Assembly (NCBI GenBank): GCA_017474705.1
Contig: JAFVHC010000024.1
Location: forward strand, 1-41,450
From: Bacillota bacterium
Lineage (GTDB): Bacteria; Bacillota; Clostridia; Lachnospirales; Bianqueaceae
Direction of reading: 5' to 3'
Length of the DNA stretch: 41,450 bases
Positions within the stretch are counted from its first letter, which is position 1. Every line of letters starts with the position of its first letter. A program made the translations under genes and the position numbers. Below, one piece after another: positions 7,796-15,232 of this stretch. The notes beneath the pieces are model-generated. The model saw only the letters and a program-made list of their open reading frames with translations, ran no database searches and was not told where the DNA came from.

Positions 7796-7825
7796 ATGAT
7801 AGAACCGTTCCACAGGAACGGTCAA
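7796..7825 (-). promoter_or_regulatory. MerR-type promoter with a dyad operator inside the spacer
   Basis: Minus strand: TTGACC (7825-7820), an 18-nt spacer (19 nt if -35 is read as CTTGAC), then TATCAT (7801-7796). The spacer holds the palindrome ACCGTTCC-N3-GGAACGGT (7804-7822). Confidence 0.6.
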
Positions 7826-7892
7826 GCCCTCTCACGAACGAATTTAGTTCATAAGAGAACTTGTAATTTTCGCGCATCAGTCCGCGCCGTGC

Positions 7893-7953
7893 GCAAAAGA
7901 ACATCGATGGCAGCTCCTTGCTTGCAAGAGGGATGGCATCGATGTTCTTTTGC
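7893..7953. other. 61-nt near-perfect hairpin / inverted repeat
   Basis: Arms are GCAAAAGAACATCGATGGCA (7893-7912) and TGGCATCGATGTTCTTTTGC (7934-7953), pairing at 19/20. The 21-nt loop has its own CTTGC/GCAAG stem. It lies between the tandem array and the merR promoter. Confidence 0.7.
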
Positions 7954-8055
7954 ATAGGGCGCGACAAACCGTAATGAGGACGAAGTGCGCAGCACGAAAG
8001 TCCGAATGCTGTTTGCGTGTGGCGGATTCCAGATTGAACCAAGTCATTGTCGTCT

Positions 8056-8432
8056 AATTACGTTCTATTCAGCGACATTAATAGAATAAGACGTAGTCAT
8101 TTAGCCATGATTACGTTCTAAAAAGAGAGATTGAAAATCAGAACGTAATCAGACTGCCCTAATTACGTTCAAAATAAAATACTCAAAAAACAGAACGTAA
8201 TCGGCCCTCCTCGACTACGTTCCAAAAATGCAATACTGAAAAACAGAACGTAATCGCCTTCCTCGACTACGTTCCAAAAACGAAATACTCAAAAACAGAA
8301 CGTAATTCGGCGTGTCCGACTACGTTCTGAAACAAGATATTGGAAAAATAGAACGTAATCGCCTTTTCCGACTACGTTCTGAAATGAGATATTAGAAGAA
8401 CAGAACGTAATCGACCTTCCCGACTACGTTCT
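8056..8432 (-). repeat. tandem array of 7 units (period 52/53 bp); each is a ~12-bp stem-loop plus an AT-rich linker. Candidate structured ncRNA, terminator array or iteron cluster.
   Basis: Plus-strand unit starts are 8088, 8140, 8192, 8245, 8297, 8350 and 8402. Consensus: AGAACGTAATCG-(CCTTCCT)-CGACTACGTTCY-CAAAAAnnAATACTnAAAAAC. Five units are well formed; 8140 and 8088 are degenerate; an orphan half-site lies at 8056-8066. Confidence 0.9.
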
Positions 8433-8473
8433 ACACATAATAACAATACAAAACAAGCGCGTCGATCTGCGCA

Positions 8474-8977
8474 TCACCTGTGTATATACATCCTGGTCAT
8501 GTCCGGCTCGCCGTCACCCTGCACCATGCAAAGGAATTCCCAGCCATACTTTTCATAAAACCCGACATGATCCGTCACCAGATAGAGCGGTGAGATCCCT
8601 TTGGACCGCATATCCTCGACGACCATATCCAGCAGCTTACCGGCGATGCCTCTCCCCCGATATTCCTCTTCTGTATAGACCGCGCAGACGTTCGGTGTCA
8701 GGTCTTTGCGGTCGTGGAAATCATTCTCGATCACGCCCATGCCGCCGATGATCTTGTCCCCGTCGAGGCACAGGTACCAACCGTACTCCGTCTCTTGGCT
8801 CAGATACGCTTCCATGCATTCCAGATAGGCCGCGCGTGGTACACCCCACTTCTCATGGAACCAGTCCGCCGCCGTATCCTTCAGTTCCGGTCGCTCCCGC
8901 AGGGTCACATATCGGTAGGGGTCTTTCTTGTTCTTTTCTTTGTATGATCCAAACACTCCCAAAGCCAGGTTCATCAA
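8474..8977 (-). CDS. GNAT-family N-acetyltransferase
   Basis: 167 aa. The acetyl-CoA motif is EEYRGRGIAGKLLDMV. RBS is GGGAGGAAA. Confidence 0.8.
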   Translation of the reverse strand: MMNLALGVFGSYKEKNKKDPYRYVTLRERPELKDTAADWFHEKWGVPRAAYLECMEAYLSQETEYGWYLCLDGDKIIGGMGVIENDFHDRKDLTPNVCAVYTEEEYRGRGIAGKLLDMVVEDMRSKGISPLYLVTDHVGFYEKYGWEFLCMVQGDGEPDMTRMYIHR

Positions 8978-9011
8978 TAGTTTCCTCCCGTCTATAGATA
9001 CAAACAGAAGC

Positions 9012-9050
9012 GGCCGCTCTGTCGTATCATATTATTACGAGAGAGCGGCC
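9012..9050 (-). terminator. terminator-like hairpin downstream of the MptD-like gene
   Basis: Minus strand: GGCCGCUCU-C-UCGUA ... UACGA-C-AGAGCGGCC (9+5 bp), followed by GCUUCUGUUUG. Confidence 0.5.
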
Positions 9051-9078
9051 TTATGTCAAGAGGAACGTACTTTCAAAG

Positions 9079-9653
9079 TTATCGAGCCAGCTTTGCCGCC
9101 TGCTTTTGCAGCACTTTCTCGGCGATCCTTATGCCAAGCATCGCGATCGGGATCGTAAGAACGAGCATCAGGATCAGGATCGGATGTTCCGAATGACGAC
9201 TTCCATCTTATCAGCATAGCCTGCCGGCATCTCTTCAACTGCTTCAGCCAGAGACCCTTCCGTGTTGGTCCACCAGTGTGCAGCATATGCATAAAAGGCG
9301 AAGGCGAACGGGATAAAGCTTCGGCGGACACCTTTTAGCGTATCATACCCGTTCAGCTTTCTGACCGCTTCCGCGATCAGCGTCAAAATGATCACGCCGA
9401 TGACAAAGGGAAGGTTTCCTTCTCCCGCGATCACTGCCACGATCAGCATAAAGCCATTCAATACAAGCGCTGCTCCGAAGCATTGCATTTGTGCCGCTGT
9501 ATAGAGATAAACAAAGCTGAACAAAAGCGGAATGAACGTGCCTGCATAGGCATAACAGGCCGGATGGATCAATCCGCAGCTGGATGCCAGCACAAACAGA
9601 CCGCAATAGAGGATCGCGGCGATGATCACACCGATCCATGATGTTTTCTTCAT
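9079..9653 (-). pseudogene. MptD/Trep_Strep-type small multi-TM membrane protein (putative ECF S-component-like), frameshifted near 9189
   Basis: The track ORF, trimmed to MKKTSWIGVIIAAILY (ATG 9653), stops at 9174. The missing last TM helix, HPILILMLVLTIPIAMLGIRIAEKVLQKQAAKLAR*, is encoded in the -1 frame down to 9079. One extra G in the GG run (plus-strand CC 9189-9190) restores it. Confidence 0.55.
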
Positions 9654-9669
9654 AATGAACACCCCTTTT

Positions 9670-9828
9670 CTACAAACTCCAGCCTGCACTGGCATTCTGA
9701 AGCTGCGTCATGCGGCGGAATATGCCGTCTTCTTTTGCCATAAGTTCAGCGGGACTGCCCTCTTCGGCGACCTTGCCGTCTGCCAGCACCATTCCTTTCG
9801 GCATCCAGTTTTTATAATCCGGTTTCAT
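9670..9828 (-). pseudogene. 52-codon chimeric remnant: methyltransferase-like 5' end fused to the last ~40 codons of an ABC exporter ATPase domain
   Basis: My translation is MKPDYKNWMPKGMVLADGKVAEEGSPAELMAKEDGIFRRMTQLQNASAGWSL*. The stretch VLADGKVAEEGSPAELMAKEDGIFRRMTQLQ resembles the extreme C-terminus of MsbA-type ABC proteins. Confidence 0.5.
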
Positions 9829-9933
9829 TTCATCCCTGCCTTTCTGGGCAACTCGCCCTTACTCTGTTTTACAACAGAAGCAGCAGCGCCTGTAGAGCCT
9901 GCGCGTTCCTGTTGGTTCGAATATCAAACGTAA

Positions 9934-9949
9934 GTTAGTTAAAACTAAC
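9934..9949. promoter_or_regulatory. 7-2-7 inverted repeat, candidate operator
   Basis: GTTAGTT-AA-AACTAAC with perfect arms, immediately downstream of the -10 of the 9958-9986 promoter. Confidence 0.45.
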
Positions 9950-9957
9950 CTTATACC

Positions 9958-9986
9958 ATTATATCTTTCTACAGAGAAGATTTCAA
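9958..9986 (-). promoter_or_regulatory. near-consensus SigA promoter, now upstream only of the gene remnant
   Basis: Minus strand: TTGAAA (9986-9981), 17 nt, TATAAT (9963-9958). Confidence 0.65.
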
Positions 9987-10030
9987 GCCCTTTTCGCAAA
10001 ATCCATAAGGTGTTTATCTGGCTTTCTGCA

Positions 10031-10065
10031 CAAAAAAACGGACCGTTGTACAAACAACGATCCGT
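10031..10065 (-). terminator. intrinsic terminator of the NifU-like/GGGtGRT operon
   Basis: Minus strand: ACGGAUCGUUG-UUUGUA-CAACGGUCCGU (11 bp, one G.U), followed by UUUUUUUG. Confidence 0.85.
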
Positions 10066-10088
10066 TCTTGTGCACCAGCTGGTGGTTC

Positions 10089-11090
10089 TTATTTGTTCAT
10101 AGCCTCTTCAACAGCAACAGCGACAGCGACGGTAGCGCCGACCATCGGGTTGTTGCCCATACCGATCAGGCCCATCATTTCGACGTGGGCGGGAACGGAG
10201 GAAGAACCTGCGAACTGTGCATCGGAATGCATACGGCCCATGGTATCGGTCATACCGTAGGAAGCAGGACCGGCGGCCATGTTATCCGGATGCAGGGTAC
10301 GGCCAGTGCCGCCACCGGAAGCAACGGAGAAGTACTTCTTGCCCTTCTCGACGCATTCCTTCTTGTAGGTACCGGCGACCGGATGCTGGAAGCGGGTGGG
10401 GTTGGTGGAGTTACCGGTGATGGAAACATCGACATCCTCACGATGCATGATGGCAACGCCTTCACGAACGTCGTCAGCGCCATAGCACAGAACAGCAGCG
10501 CGCTCACCATCAGAATATGCGTGACGATAGAGTTCCTTCAGCTCGCCGGTGAAATAATCGAACTCGGTCGCAACATGGGTGAAACCATTGATGCGGGAGA
10601 TGATCTTCGCGGCGTCTTTGCCCAGGCCGTTCAGGATGACGCGCAGGGGCTCTTTGCGGACTTTGTTCGCGGTCTTGGCGATACCGATGGCGCCTTCCGC
10701 AGCCGCGAAGGACTCGTGGCCGGCCAGGAATGCGAAGCATTTGGTCTCGTCAGACAGGAGCATAGCGCCCAGGTTGCCATGGCCAAGACCGACCTTACGG
10801 TCGTCAGCAACGGAACCCGGAATGCAGAAGGACTGCAGGCCTTCGCCGATGGAGCGGGCTGCGTCCGCCGCCTTCTTGTCGCCCTTCTTGATGGCGATGG
10901 CAGCGCCGACGGTGTAAGCCCAGCAGGCATTCTCGAAGCAGATGTTCTGGATGCCCTTTACGATATTATAAACGTTAATGCCTTTTTCATCGCAGATCGC
11001 CTTCGCTTCTTCGATGGACCCGATTCCGTACTGGGCCAGAGCTGCATTGATCTGGTCTATTCTTCTTTCATAACTCTCAAACAATGCCAT
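10089..11090 (-). CDS. GGGtGRT-family protein (conserved, function unknown)
   Basis: 333 aa. It contains the eponymous motif in FSVASGGGTGRTLHPDN. The plus-strand ORF 10068..11159 is its antisense shadow. Confidence 0.8.
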   Translation of the reverse strand: MALFESYERRIDQINAALAQYGIGSIEEAKAICDEKGINVYNIVKGIQNICFENACWAYTVGAAIAIKKGDKKAADAARSIGEGLQSFCIPGSVADDRKVGLGHGNLGAMLLSDETKCFAFLAGHESFAAAEGAIGIAKTANKVRKEPLRVILNGLGKDAAKIISRINGFTHVATEFDYFTGELKELYRHAYSDGERAAVLCYGADDVREGVAIMHREDVDVSITGNSTNPTRFQHPVAGTYKKECVEKGKKYFSVASGGGTGRTLHPDNMAAGPASYGMTDTMGRMHSDAQFAGSSSVPAHVEMMGLIGMGNNPMVGATVAVAVAVEEAMNK

Positions 11091-11107
11091 GATCTCTTTC
11101 CCCCTTC

Positions 11108-11800
11108 TTATTCGTTTCTCGGATCGATGTACTTAGCGGCTTCTGCGAAGCGGCCATAGGAACCCTTCGCCTTTTCAAGCGCTTCGTTGGCGTCCATGCC
11201 CTTCTTGATGTTCTCCAGCATCGGGCCAAGCTTGATGTACTCGTAACCGATGATGGAACCTTCTTCATCCAGAGCCAGACGGGTGATGTAACCTTCAGCA
11301 AGTTCCAGATAGCGCGGACCCTTGAGCTTCGTTGCGTAGGTGGTACCTACCTGAGAACGAAGACCCTTGCCCAGATCTTCAAGACCAGCGCCGACCACGA
11401 GACCGCCTTCAGAGAAAGCAGACTGAGAACGTCCGTAGATGATCTGCAGGAACAATTCGCGCATCGCTGTGTTGATCGCATCGCATACGAGGTCGGTATT
11501 GACAGCTTCCAGGACGGTCCTGCCAACCAGAGCTTCCGCAGCCATAGCGGCGGAATGGGTCATACCGGAGCAGCCGATCGTCTCGACGAGAGCTTCTTCG
11601 ATGATGCCTTCCTTAATGTTCAGAGACAGCTTGCAGGCGCCCTGCTGCGGCGCACACCAACCGATACCATGGGTGAAACCGGAGATATCTTTGACCTCAC
11701 GGACGTTGACCCATTTTCCTTCTTCGGGGATCGGAGCGCAGCCATGTCTGGCATCGACCTTCACGCAGCACATGTTCTCAACTTCACGTGAATAAACCAT
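11108..11800 (-). CDS. NifU/IscU-N-terminal-like Fe-S scaffold-domain protein
   Basis: 230 aa. ETIGCSGMTHSAAMAAEALVGRTVLEA resembles the IscU GCGSAIASSS...G..L.EA block. Further Cys residues occur at MCCVKV, HGC, GWC and GAC. RBS is AAGGAGGAAAAGG. Confidence 0.6.
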   Translation of the reverse strand: MVYSREVENMCCVKVDARHGCAPIPEEGKWVNVREVKDISGFTHGIGWCAPQQGACKLSLNIKEGIIEEALVETIGCSGMTHSAAMAAEALVGRTVLEAVNTDLVCDAINTAMRELFLQIIYGRSQSAFSEGGLVVGAGLEDLGKGLRSQVGTTYATKLKGPRYLELAEGYITRLALDEEGSIIGYEYIKLGPMLENIKKGMDANEALEKAKGSYGRFAEAAKYIDPRNE

Positions 11801-11872
11801 ATACCTTTTCCTCCTTAAGAAAATAGTTGCATTGCTTTTCTTGATCCAGTAACTAAAGCGGTTTCAGTATAA

Positions 11873-11906
11873 CATACCCGTGAATCAGTGTCAATTCACG
11901 GGTATG
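11873..11906 (-). terminator. perfect 13-bp hairpin after the GH32 gene (terminator-like, poor U-tract)
   Basis: CATACCCGTGAAT-N8-ATTCACGGGTATG. On the minus strand it is followed by UUAUACUG. Confidence 0.45.
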
Positions 11907-11930
11907 TAGAAATTCTTGTATATAAAGGGT

Positions 11931-13220
11931 TTACGCCCTCTCGATCCTGATCTCCCGGAGCGGTTTTTCCGGGTAGATGAGCATGGTCCCGACACGGGTC
12001 CCACCGTCGGCATAAAGCTCCACGACGGAGTGATCGATGATCAGTGTGCAGTCGCAAGTACCCGTACAGAAACGCGAGCTGCGGCACAAGGAAAAAGCTT
12101 CTTTACCGTAGGCATCCGACCACTCCACCGGTTTTAAGCCCCTGCGGTCCATGTACAGCTGATCCTCCTCATCCAGGCCGAAGCACACGGATTCCTCATC
12201 GTTATACAGAGTGACGCGGAAGGGGCCGTCTTCCCGCAGCTGCAGGAGATAAGGCCGTTCCGGATCCCATTCCTTGTTCACATATGCGGAAACGTCCGCC
12301 GGCTTCTGCGCCAGTTTCAGCCCCTCCGGCGTCTCCACGAGGGACAGACGGCGCGGCAGTGTCATCTGACTGCGGAAACCTTCTGCCGCCGTGGGGACCT
12401 GGTTCGCGTAGACCCACTGAGATGCCCAACTGATCAAGGTAGGTTCCGGAGCGCCATGCCAGGTCGCGGCGGCATAATCATCCCGCGCGATGTTCAGGCG
12501 TTCGGGTCCGGTCTCCGGAATGAATGTACGGCCGTTCCAGTCACCGATCCAATAATAACCGTCGCCCAGCGGCCGTGTACCGACCGCACCCATGCTGATG
12601 ATGAAGACCCATTTGCCGTCCACCTCTATGATGCTGGGGCATTCCCAGATGCAGCCGTCGAATTCTTCGAAAGGACCGAAGTCCTTTTTGCCGGACCAGT
12701 TGATCATATTCTGGGAGCCCATGAAGACAGCGTGGTCGCCCGCGGCCATCACTGCGTTCCATCCACCGAACCAGCCGTTCTCGAACACTTTCGGATCACG
12801 GAAGTCCCGCAGGTGGTCATTGCGGATGACTGGGTTGAATTCAAAGGGAACGAACTTCACCGGCGGCTTCTCCGCGGTAAAAGCCTCGCTGAAGGCGATG
12901 CTCTGCTGCTCAAAGGAGCCGTGGCTGGTGTACATCAGTACCAGATGGTTTCCCTCCGGATCCGGCTGGCACCCATCGTCCGTACGTACTGCGGAGCCGC
13001 TGAAAGCCATACCGTTCTTATCCGGGAACAGCGCGATGGGCAGATGCTCCCAGTGGATCAGATCCCGGGAGATCGCATGGCCCCAATGCATCGGACCCCA
13101 GATCACATCGTCCGGATAGTACTGATAAAACAAATGATACCTGCCGTTTTCATAAACGAGGCCGTTCGGATCGTTCATCCAACCGGCCTCGGGTGTAAAG
13201 TGCAATTCTGGGCGATACAT
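11931..13220 (-). CDS. glycoside hydrolase family 32 (beta-fructofuranosidase / sucrose-6-phosphate hydrolase-like)
   Basis: 429 aa. GH32 motifs present: WMNDPNGLVY, FRDPKVF, WECPSI. No signal peptide. Confidence 0.88.
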   Translation of the reverse strand: MYRPELHFTPEAGWMNDPNGLVYENGRYHLFYQYYPDDVIWGPMHWGHAISRDLIHWEHLPIALFPDKNGMAFSGSAVRTDDGCQPDPEGNHLVLMYTSHGSFEQQSIAFSEAFTAEKPPVKFVPFEFNPVIRNDHLRDFRDPKVFENGWFGGWNAVMAAGDHAVFMGSQNMINWSGKKDFGPFEEFDGCIWECPSIIEVDGKWVFIISMGAVGTRPLGDGYYWIGDWNGRTFIPETGPERLNIARDDYAAATWHGAPEPTLISWASQWVYANQVPTAAEGFRSQMTLPRRLSLVETPEGLKLAQKPADVSAYVNKEWDPERPYLLQLREDGPFRVTLYNDEESVCFGLDEEDQLYMDRRGLKPVEWSDAYGKEAFSLCRSSRFCTGTCDCTLIIDHSVVELYADGGTRVGTMLIYPEKPLREIRIERA

Positions 13221-14299
13221 CAGTCAAGATATCCTTTCACTGCCAGAAGTTCTGCCGTCAGCACACCGCCGCCGGCCGCGCCGAGCAGCGTATTGTGTGA
13301 TAGGCACACGAATTTGACATCATATTGTTTATCGGGACGCAGACGTCCGATGGAGACCGCCATGCCATGCTCCAGGTTGCGGTCCAGCTTTGTCTGCGGA
13401 CGATTGTCTTCCTCAAAATAATGCAGGAACTGTTTCGGTGCGGAGGGCAGATCCAGTTCCTGGGCCTGGCCACGGAATTCCTTCCAGATCCGCTTGATAT
13501 CCTCGATCTCGGGCTTGCGCTCGAAGGAGGCGAAGACGGCGGCCATATGGCCATCGCTGACGGGCACGCGCAGGCACTGTGTGGTGATGGAAGGTCCATC
13601 CGCATCCACGATCAGGCCATCCTCGATATGGCCCCAAAGCTTCAGCGGCTCGACTTCACTCTTCTCCTCTTCCCCGCCGATGTAGGGGATGACGTTGTCC
13701 ACGATCTCGGGCATGGTCTCGAAAGTCTTGCCCGCGCCGGAGATGGCCTGATAGGTGCAGGCCAGGACCTTGGTCAGTCCATAGATGTCCTTCAGCGGCG
13801 TCAGCGGCGGCACATAACTCTGCAGCGAGCAGTTGGATTTCACGGCAATGAAACCTTTCTTGGTGCCCAGACGCTTGCGCTGGGTGGGGATCACGTCCAC
13901 GTGGTCCGCGTTGATCTCCGGAACGATCATGGGAACGTCCGGCTCATGGCGGTTCGCTTTGTTATTGGAAATGACCGGGATCTCGGCCTTCGCGTAGGCT
14001 TCTTCCAGGGCTTTGGTCTCTGCCACGGACATGTTGACCGCGCAGAACACGAAGTCGACTTTTTCTTTGACCGTCGCGATGTCAGCCGCGTCCATCACCA
14101 CCATCTGCTTGACCAGTTCCGGCATGGGCTCTGTCATGGCCCAGCGGGAACCGACGGCTTCCTCATAGGTTTTGCCTGCGCTGCGGGCAGAGGCCGCCAG
14201 GGCAGTGATATGGAACCAGGGATGTTCCGCAAGCAGTGTGATGAAACGCTGGCCGACCATTCCGGTCGCGCCGATGATACCGACCCGATAATTATACAT
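13220..14299 (-). CDS. asd: aspartate-semialdehyde dehydrogenase (archaeal-type)
   Basis: [45 protein letters not shown] matches the archaeal-type Asd N-terminus. The active-site region is KSNCSLQSY. The ATG at 14299 lies 7 nt after GAGGTG (the track ORF begins at an upstream GTG). Its stop shares one base with the GH32 ATG. Confidence 0.85.
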   Translation of the reverse strand: MYNYRVGIIGATGMVGQRFITLLAEHPWFHITALAASARSAGKTYEEAVGSRWAMTEPMPELVKQMVVMDAADIATVKEKVDFVFCAVNMSVAETKALEEAYAKAEIPVISNNKANRHEPDVPMIVPEINADHVDVIPTQRKRLGTKKGFIAVKSNCSLQSYVPPLTPLKDIYGLTKVLACTYQAISGAGKTFETMPEIVDNVIPYIGGEEEKSEVEPLKLWGHIEDGLIVDADGPSITTQCLRVPVSDGHMAAVFASFERKPEIEDIKRIWKEFRGQAQELDLPSAPKQFLHYFEEDNRPQTKLDRNLEHGMAVSIGRLRPDKQYDVKFVCLSHNTLLGAAGGGVLTAELLAVKGYLD

Positions 14300-14337
14300 G
14301 ATATACACCTCGTTATCGAATTTATAACTTGGTAACC

Positions 14338-14366
14338 ATTATATGTGCATTTTTATGCTCCGTCAA
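14338..14366 (-). promoter_or_regulatory. near-consensus SigA promoter for asd
   Basis: Minus strand: TTGACG (14366-14361), 17 nt, TATAAT (14343-14338). Confidence 0.6.
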
Positions 14367-14410
14367 TGCGGCGAAACTGACGAAATCCAGAGCCGTAATG
14401 ACCGAATTTA

Positions 14411-15232
14411 TTATATTCTCGACAGTAAAAGATCCACATTGACGGTACTGTACTCGATCTGCTCTGAAACGCGGCAGATATGGCGGATGCTGCGGCCTTG
14501 GAGGGCGTCCATCATGGCGACCAAAGCGGTCATGTCCTGGGCTAGATTTTTCAGCTCCACGAGAGGGATCTCCTCCACACGCTCCAGCTGCCGGTACAGG
14601 AAATATGCCATGATCCTGTCATAATATGGACCTTCCGGCAGCTTAAGATCCAGCGGCACCTCCATCAGCTCGGCCAGTTCCCCCGGCCAGTCCGCGTCCA
14701 CCGCTTCCGTCTTCTTGAGGCGCTGCCAGAATGCCATGTCCGGACGTTTCGGTTGGAACCGGACCGGCTCCGCGGGCAGGCCCAGGGTTTCGATCAATTC
14801 CTCGATGGTCCAGGTCCCATCCGGATCCTCAGACAGGAACATTAAAGGCGCTTGCCTTTCTGTCAAAAGTTCCGCGGCCGCCTCACAGCATAGACCCACG
14901 CCCCAGAACTCATGCTCCTGCACGTCCAGGAAGAACCGTGGATGCAGGGCACAGATGTCGCAGAGCGCCTCTTCTCCCAGGCCGCAGATGATGTCACACA
15001 GACCGTCTTTGCGGAACAAGGGGCAGAAACCCGCTTCGTTCAGGCCGAAATACGCACCGTCCTCGTTGAACGCCATGGCGGCACGGATCCGGTCGCCCAA
15101 CGCGCCGGCCACTTGCTCATAATAGAAGGCCGTTTCGTCGTCGATGTCGATCTCCCAGGTCTTACAGCAGGTGTTGGTACAGGCACCGGCTTTACATAAG
15201 AACCGGTCATAGAAATCAGGTCGAACGATCAT
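14411..15232 (-). CDS. FliB/YkgJ-like cysteine-cluster protein (flagellin lysine-N-methylase family-like)
   Basis: 273 aa. The N-terminus is FLCKAGACTNTCCKTWEIDIDDETAFYYEQ, followed by FCPLFRKDGLCDIICGLGEEALCDICALHPRF. It shares an ATGA overlap with the upstream MATE gene. Confidence 0.5.
   Translation of the reverse strand: MIVRPDFYDRFLCKAGACTNTCCKTWEIDIDDETAFYYEQVAGALGDRIRAAMAFNEDGAYFGLNEAGFCPLFRKDGLCDIICGLGEEALCDICALHPRFFLDVQEHEFWGVGLCCEAAAELLTERQAPLMFLSEDPDGTWTIEELIETLGLPAEPVRFQPKRPDMAFWQRLKKTEAVDADWPGELAELMEVPLDLKLPEGPYYDRIMAYFLYRQLERVEEIPLVELKNLAQDMTALVAMMDALQGRSIRHICRVSEQIEYSTVNVDLLLSRI

Noticed and set aside
7728-8042. 105-codon in-frame N-terminal extension of the MerR ORF (217-aa version in the track)
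   Set aside because: MerR HTH domains sit at the extreme N-terminus. The ATG at 7727 has AAGGAGG 9 nt upstream and a MerR-type promoter at 7796-7825 that lies inside the extension. The extension runs through a 61-nt hairpin and has no protein-like features.
8056-8432. CRISPR array interpretation of the tandem repeats
   Set aside because: The period is only 52-53 bp. The would-be spacers are 21-23 nt, AT-rich and similar to one another (shared AATACT..AAAAAC core) rather than unique. No cas genes or leader are present.
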